From positions 1 to 24,511 of the forward strand of contig NW_021836283.1 of NCBI RefSeq assembly GCF_006345805.1: DNA of 24,511 bases, written 5' to 3'. The stretch comes from Octopus sinensis. Lineage: Eukaryota. The notes beneath the pieces are model-generated. The model saw only the letters and a program-made list of their open reading frames with translations. It was not told the origin of the DNA and made no database searches. Of the stretch, positions 19,621 to 24,511 are shown piece by piece (position 1 is the stretch's first letter; each line of letters begins with the position of its first letter). A program made the translations under genes and the position numbers.

Positions 19621-19809
19621 ATGACCCGATTGATGTTGTGATGGGTTTGGATAGAAGCGGGAGGTTAAATGAGTATTTTTTTTGACCCCCAAAAGTGAGA
19701 CTTTATTTATTAATTTCTTTGTTTAGAGTCGGTAAAAAAACGAAAGAGGGAAGACAAAAGGGCGAAATAGTTTTAACAGATGGAGCGCACAGCTTGCTGG
19801 TGATGATGG

Positions 19810-19838
19810 CCGATGACGTCATCGGTTAATCAACCAAT
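19810..19838. promoter_or_regulatory. Candidate CRE (TGACGTCA) palindrome plus CCAAT box
   Basis: Perfect 16-bp palindrome CCGATGACGTCATCGG (19810-19825) and CCAAT at 19834-19838 in non-repetitive, CpG-containing sequence. Confidence 0.35.
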
Positions 19839-20029
19839 GAAAACGGCTTGTGATCCAGCTACGGAATCTTTGCGTGGTTACTCATCTGCTAGAAATAGCA
19901 GTGAGATCATACTACGACGAAACAAAGCAATTAATATAAATGAAGAGAAAAGAAAAGAAAAGAAAGGATATTGATTTGTGATCAGAAAGGGGAAAATGAA
20001 AATAGGAAAATATTGGGCAATTTCCGGGT

Positions 20030-20220
20030 GAACATGTTACATCTGGCAATATGCTTAGCGGCATTTCGTCCGTTTTTATATGTTCCGAGTTCAAATTCCG
20101 CTCAGTTCAAATTTGCCTTTGATTCTATCGGGGACGATAAAATATGTACCAGTGGGTCACTGGGGTCGATGTAATCAACTTACTCCCCTCTTGGGAGTTG
20201 CTGGTCGTGTGCCAAAATTT
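20030..20220 (+). mobile_element. SINE-A variant with a different 3' end
   Basis: ATGCTTAGCGGCATTTCG...GAGTTCAAATTCC...CACTGGGGTCGATGTAATC, then diverges to ...GTGCCAAAATTT. Confidence 0.75.
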
Positions 20221-20221
20221 T

Positions 20222-20605
20222 TAGCGGTAAGTAGTTTGCTTACGAACCACATAATTCCGGGTTCAGTCCCACTGCATGGCACCTTGGGCAAGTATCTTCT
20301 ACTATAGCCTCGGGCCGATTAAAGCCTTGTGAGTGGATATGGTAGTCGGAAACTGAAAGAAGCCCGTGGTATATATGTATATATATATGTATGTGTGTGT
20401 ATATGTTTGTGTGTCTGTTTGTCCCCCCACCATCGCTTGACAACCGATGCTGGTGTGTTTACGTCCCCGTCACTTAGCGGTTCGGCAAAAGAGACCGATA
20501 GAATAAGTACTAGGCTTCCAAAGAATAAGTCCCGGGGTCGATTTGCTCGACTAAAGGGGGTGCTCCAGCATGGCTGCAGTCAAATGACTGAAACAAGTAA
20601 AAGAG
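20222..20605 (+). mobile_element. SINE-BC, near full length
   Basis: GGTAAGTAG...GGTTCAGTCCC head and CAGTCAAATGACTGAAACAAGTAAAAGAG tail. Confidence 0.9.
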
Positions 20606-20609
20606 GTGA

Positions 20610-20677
20610 CACTACGGCACACCTACCATCGTCGCATGGCACACCAGTGTGCCACAGTAAACTGGTTGCGGGACACT
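20610..20677. mobile_element. Possible hAT MITE right end
   Basis: GGCACACCAGTGTGCC...GGTTGCGGGACACTG resembles a CAGTG-type hAT terminus; left end not found. Confidence 0.35.
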
Positions 20678-20743
20678 GTCTTAGCAGTTGCGTACTGCGG
20701 TCCATCTAATCGACTGCTCCCCTCCCCCAAAATATATATATAT

Positions 20744-20940
20744 CGTCACCATCATCATCATCATTGTTTAACAGTCTTCCATGCTGGCATAGGTTGGATG
20801 GTTTGACAGGAGCTGACCAGACAGAAGACGACTACATCAGGCCTCTGTGTTTGTTTTGGCTTGGTTTTTACAGCTGGATGCTTTTCTAAACACCAACCAC
20901 CCCATATTGTCGACTGAGTGCTTTTTACGTGGCACCAGCA
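20744..20940 (-). mobile_element. RTE 3' UTR fragment with (GAT)n tail
   Basis: CATCATCATTGTTTAAC...CCATGCTGGCAT...TACAGCTGGATGC. Confidence 0.8.
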
Positions 20941-21027
20941 CGCCGAGGTGGAAATCCACGCCGCCATCTCTTCAGTTATCCGGCCATCGGGAAAAAAAAG
21001 GGGGCATTTACTTGGTTACCCTGCTGA

Positions 21028-21200
21028 TGCTAATGTCACGTAAAAAGCATCCAATTCACATTGTGAAATGGTTGGCATTTGGAAGGGCACTCAGTCGACA
21101 TTGAGGGGTGGTTGCTGTTAAGAAGGGCATCCAGCTGTAAAAACCATGCCAAAACAAAGACTATAGCCTGATGTAGTCTTCTGCCAGGCCAGCTCCAGTC
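21028..21200 (+). mobile_element. RTE 3' UTR fragment lacking the tail
   Basis: GAAGGGCATCCAGCTGTAAAAACCATGCC; inverted relative to 20744-20940. Confidence 0.75.
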
Positions 21201-21211
21201 AGAATAGTAGA

Positions 21212-22475
21212 AACTTAGATATGTTTCGACCAAATATTGGTCCAGGTCATGTCTAACTTAATAGCACCACTTGATAGGATTATCTAAATCCTTTTAAAGT
21301 TAAGTTTTGTTTATGGTACCATTCAAGTAGTGAGTTGTATCCAGGTATGGGTGGCTTATCTGGCATTCCTTGAAGAAATATGTCCAGACTCCGTTTAAAG
21401 GTGATGGGATCCTTTTCCTCTTTAAATTATATCGCAGTGTACCTATATGTTGTGATCCTGATTTGGGCAGGGGATGTATGGCCCGTGGTCCCAACCTTGG
21501 ATGAACCTTGAAACTAATGTTCAGGTCGTTTGGGCAATGCTGGCGGTATATTCTCCACACCGTACAAATGGTGTACCGCTCGCAGCGGCGCTGGAGAGAG
21601 TAGAGTTTCAAGGCTTTAAGGCGGTCCCAGTAATCGAGATCAGTCATGCCTTCAATTCGTTTAGTGAGTGCCCTCTGGGGTGATTCAATCCTCGAGATGT
21701 TTTGTTTTGTATGGGGAGACAACAAGGGGCAGCAGTATTCGAGGTGTGGCCGTACAAAGGAGAAGAAAAGTGGAATGATGACACCTTGTTCTCTGGATCG
21801 GAAGGTTCTTAAGATCCAGGAACTCATCCTATGAGCTATATCGACCTTATTGTTGATGTGGGCACTCCAACTGAATTGTTATCAACAATTACACCCAGGT
21901 CTCTGATATTAGATGCTGTGAGCAGTTCCCCAGAAAGAAGAGAGTATGGCTATTTTATTGTGGACTTTCTTCCAAAATGCATCAGCTCAAATTTTCCCTC
22001 GTTCAGCAGCATTTTGTTTTTGTCTGCCCTTTGACTCACAGCACAGAGATCAGACTGGAGTTGAGTTCGGTCTGCTTCTTCATTGATGATTTGCTGGAGC
22101 TTAGTGACATCAGCAAATATTTTCACTTTGCAATGATTTACGACGCTGGAAAGGTCATTGATGTAAATTATAAAGTGGAGCGGGGCCCAAGACAGTCCCC
22201 CGAGGGACACCACTGGTGACTTTTGCTGGGCTTGAGTGGACTCCATCGACCACAACTTCTTGTGTTCTATTCGCCGGGAAACACTTAGTCCAGTGTAGAA
22301 GTTTTCCACGGATTCCAACATTTGCCAATTTTGAGAGTAGGATATTATGGTCAACCCTGTCGAACGCTTTACTGAAGTCAAGATATATGACATCAGAGTT
22401 CGAACCTGTTCCAAGGCTTTAAGTATATCTTCAATGTGGTGTAAGAGCTGTGTTGGACAGTCCCTGCCTGGAATA
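21212..22475 (-). mobile_element. 5'-truncated CR1/L2-group LINE: decayed reverse transcriptase, C-terminus and 3' UTR
   Basis: Across frameshifts: GRDCPTQLLHHIEDIL...DVIYLDFSKAFDRVDH...FIIYINDL...KIFADVTKL (degenerate YADD)...FVRPHLEYCCPLLSP...LYSLQRR...FKRSLDIFLQGMPDKP, stop near 21280, UTR stem-loop at 21228-21242. Confidence 0.93.
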
Positions 22476-22569
22476 TATCGGAGCAGAGGTCCGTTGGATC
22501 AGGACTGACCTGTGGCTAAACAATCTCCTACTTTTTTGACCAAGTTACCCCCGCTCCTTTATTCACACT

Positions 22570-23306
22570 CTACACACCCTTTTTCTCTGACTCTCTCTCT
22601 TTGATTCTCTTCCTCACTCTCCCACTCTCTCTCTCTGACACTCAGTCTCTCTTTCTCTCTCTGTATCTCACTCTTCCTCTCTAAATCCAAGTCTCCCCAC
22701 CCCTTCTCTCTCTCTCTCTCTCTCTCATGGTCCTTAAACTCTGACCCCTGTCACTTTCTCTTGTTTTACTATTTCTTTCTATTGCTCTTTATCTATTCAT
22801 TGCTCTCTGCAAGGGCTTCCGACCAGCAGGGGGTCAGTTTGGGGCTTGAGGGGAGGTAGACAGACAAACAGACAGACCAACAATTCGGCGCTCCCTACTC
22901 TAATGGCTTCTCCACGTTCGCAGCGGGTGGGGGGCTTTCAACAGTTTTCTAGTCCCAACTGACCAAAACAACTTTTAATTGTCCCCCTCTTGCACTCAGT
23001 TGAGAGTCTTCCACTAAATGACCACCACCGTATAACCACCAACGGACAACACTATCGCCATCGCCACCACATTTCTACACATCTCTCCGTTTCTCTCTCT
23101 TACTCGCTCTCTCTCTATCCATCTATCTCTCTATTTTACCTATCAATCATTCATTTTATCTATATATCTCTTTCCCTCTGCTTATCTATCAGTCTATCCA
23201 TCTCACTATTCGTCTATGTAGCCCCCTCTCTCTCTCTATCTATCTATCTATCTCTATCCATCTCTCTCTCTCTCTCTATCTATCTCTCTCTCTCTCTATC
23301 TATCCT

Positions 23307-23379
<73 letters not shown>

Positions 23380-23471
23380 TGATTGATCAATCTATTTATT
23401 TATTTATTAGTCTATCTGTCCCTTTCTCTTTATTTACCCACGTATCTATCTACCGATTTCTCTCTCCTCAT

Positions 23472-23502
<31 letters not shown>

Positions 23503-23528
23503 ATTGATTGATCATTTTCTCTCTCTCA

Positions 23529-23566
<38 letters not shown>

Positions 23567-23672
23567 CTTTCGTCCTCTATATATTTATCAGGCTATTGGT
23601 CTCTCTGTCTATCCATCCAACGATTTCTCTCTATCTCTCTCTCTCTATCGATCTATCTGCGTATCTATCCAT

Positions 23673-23709
<37 letters not shown>

Positions 23710-23710
23710 T
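22570..23710. repeat. (CT)n and (TCTA)n pyrimidine-rich blocks (22570-22730 and 23070-23710)
   Basis: Direct reading; a unique stretch at ~22730-23070 lies between them. Confidence 0.85.
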
Positions 23711-23969
23711 TCTCTGTCAACCTAACCTTCCATTTGTCTTATCCTTAATCTATCCATACATCTTAGCTATCTGTCGGCTCGTCTGGCTATTAATCTGTCT
23801 GTTTGTCTCTCAGCCTGTCTGCCTGCCTGCCTGCCTCCTTATTAATTTGTCTGTCTGTCTGTCTGTCTGTCTGTCCAGCTATAAACTGTCTGTCTGTTTG
23901 TCCGAGGCATCAGTCAATGGATCAATTGCAATGAATCACTCTATAATTGCCGATAGCTTTGATCAATCT

Positions 23970-24511
23970 CTCCACCACTACCGACACCATCACCGCTGTC
24001 ACTGCCCCACCAGTGCATCCGCCATCACCACCATTGCCACAACCACTATCACCACCACCACCACCATCACTACCTCCATCACCGCGACCACCATCACCAC
24101 AACCATCACCACCATCACCACCGCCACCACAACCTCCATCATTGCTGGCTCCTACACCTCCATCACAACCACCACCACCATCACCGACACCACAACCACC
24201 ACCACTACCACTACCATCACTACCTCCATCACCGCGACCACCATCACCACCACATTACCATCATCACCATCACCACCATCATTACCTCCATCACCGCCGC
24301 CACAACCACCATCACCACCACCACCACCACCACCACCACCACCACCATCACAACCACCACCACCACCACCACCACAACCACCATCACCACCACCACAACC
24401 ACTACCATCACCACAACCATTATCGCCACCACCCCACTTCACCATCACCACCACACCACCACCACCACCACCATCACCACCGCCACCACAACCTCCATCA
24501 TTGCTGGCTCC
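23970..24511. repeat. Degenerate (ACC/ATC)n triplet repeat with higher-order duplication, running off the window end
   Basis: Direct reading; CGCCACCACAACCTCCATCATTGCTGGCTCC occurs at 24122 and 24481. Confidence 0.92.

Noticed and set aside
1831-22475. Idea that the two minus-strand CR1 fragments are halves of one LINE split by 19 kb of insertions
   Set aside because: The 21212-22475 copy has its own C-terminus (FKRSLDIFL...PDKP), stop codon and 3' UTR, so the two are independent insertions.
505-24454. Dozens of ORFs rich in IYLS, YI, VC, HT, poly-Met, poly-His, poly-Ser or poly-Gly (for example 3490-3921, 12026-12532, 13316-13825, 16381-16764, 18742-19692, 24152-24454)
   Set aside because: They are translations of (TAGA)n, (TA)n, (TG)n, (CAT)n, (GA)n and (ACC)n repeats that lack stop codons in some frames; no domain content.
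23970-24511. Thr-rich or Pro-rich mucin/extensin-like reading frames
   Set aside because: Frames switch arbitrarily between Thr, Pro and His runs, as expected for a degenerate (ACC)n repeat; no start, signal peptide or splice evidence.

Overview
Eukaryotic, repeat-saturated intergenic or intronic DNA with no confidently identifiable host protein-coding gene. The repeat landscape looks like an octopod (coleoid cephalopod) genome; that is an inference from the SINE sequences and microsatellite load. Roughly 7 kb is simple-sequence repeat ((TA)n, (TAGA)n, (TG)n, (GA)n, (CAT)n, (ACC)n; summed from blocks delimited by eye), which explains nearly all ORFs in the supplied track. The rest is mostly transposon-derived. 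There are two tRNA-derived SINE families (called SINE-A and SINE-BC here), about ten copies of an RTE LINE 3' end including one retaining ORF2 coding remnants (16415-17545), and two CR1/L2-group LINE fragments (1831-2132 and 21212-22475). There are also TTAA-flanked piggyBac-type and hAT-type MITEs, a ~110-bp tandem repeat, and a Penelope-like terminal remnant carrying a minimal hammerhead ribozyme motif (2235-2270, minus strand). Most notable observations: the hammerhead motif; a 3' stem-loop shared by SINE-BC and both CR1-group LINEs, with different stem sequences but conserved pairing; SINE-A concatemers joined at one identical palindromic junction; three-level nested insertions; (TA)n arrays as landing pads; several fold-back structures; and a 16-bp CRE palindrome beside a CCAAT box in unique sequence.
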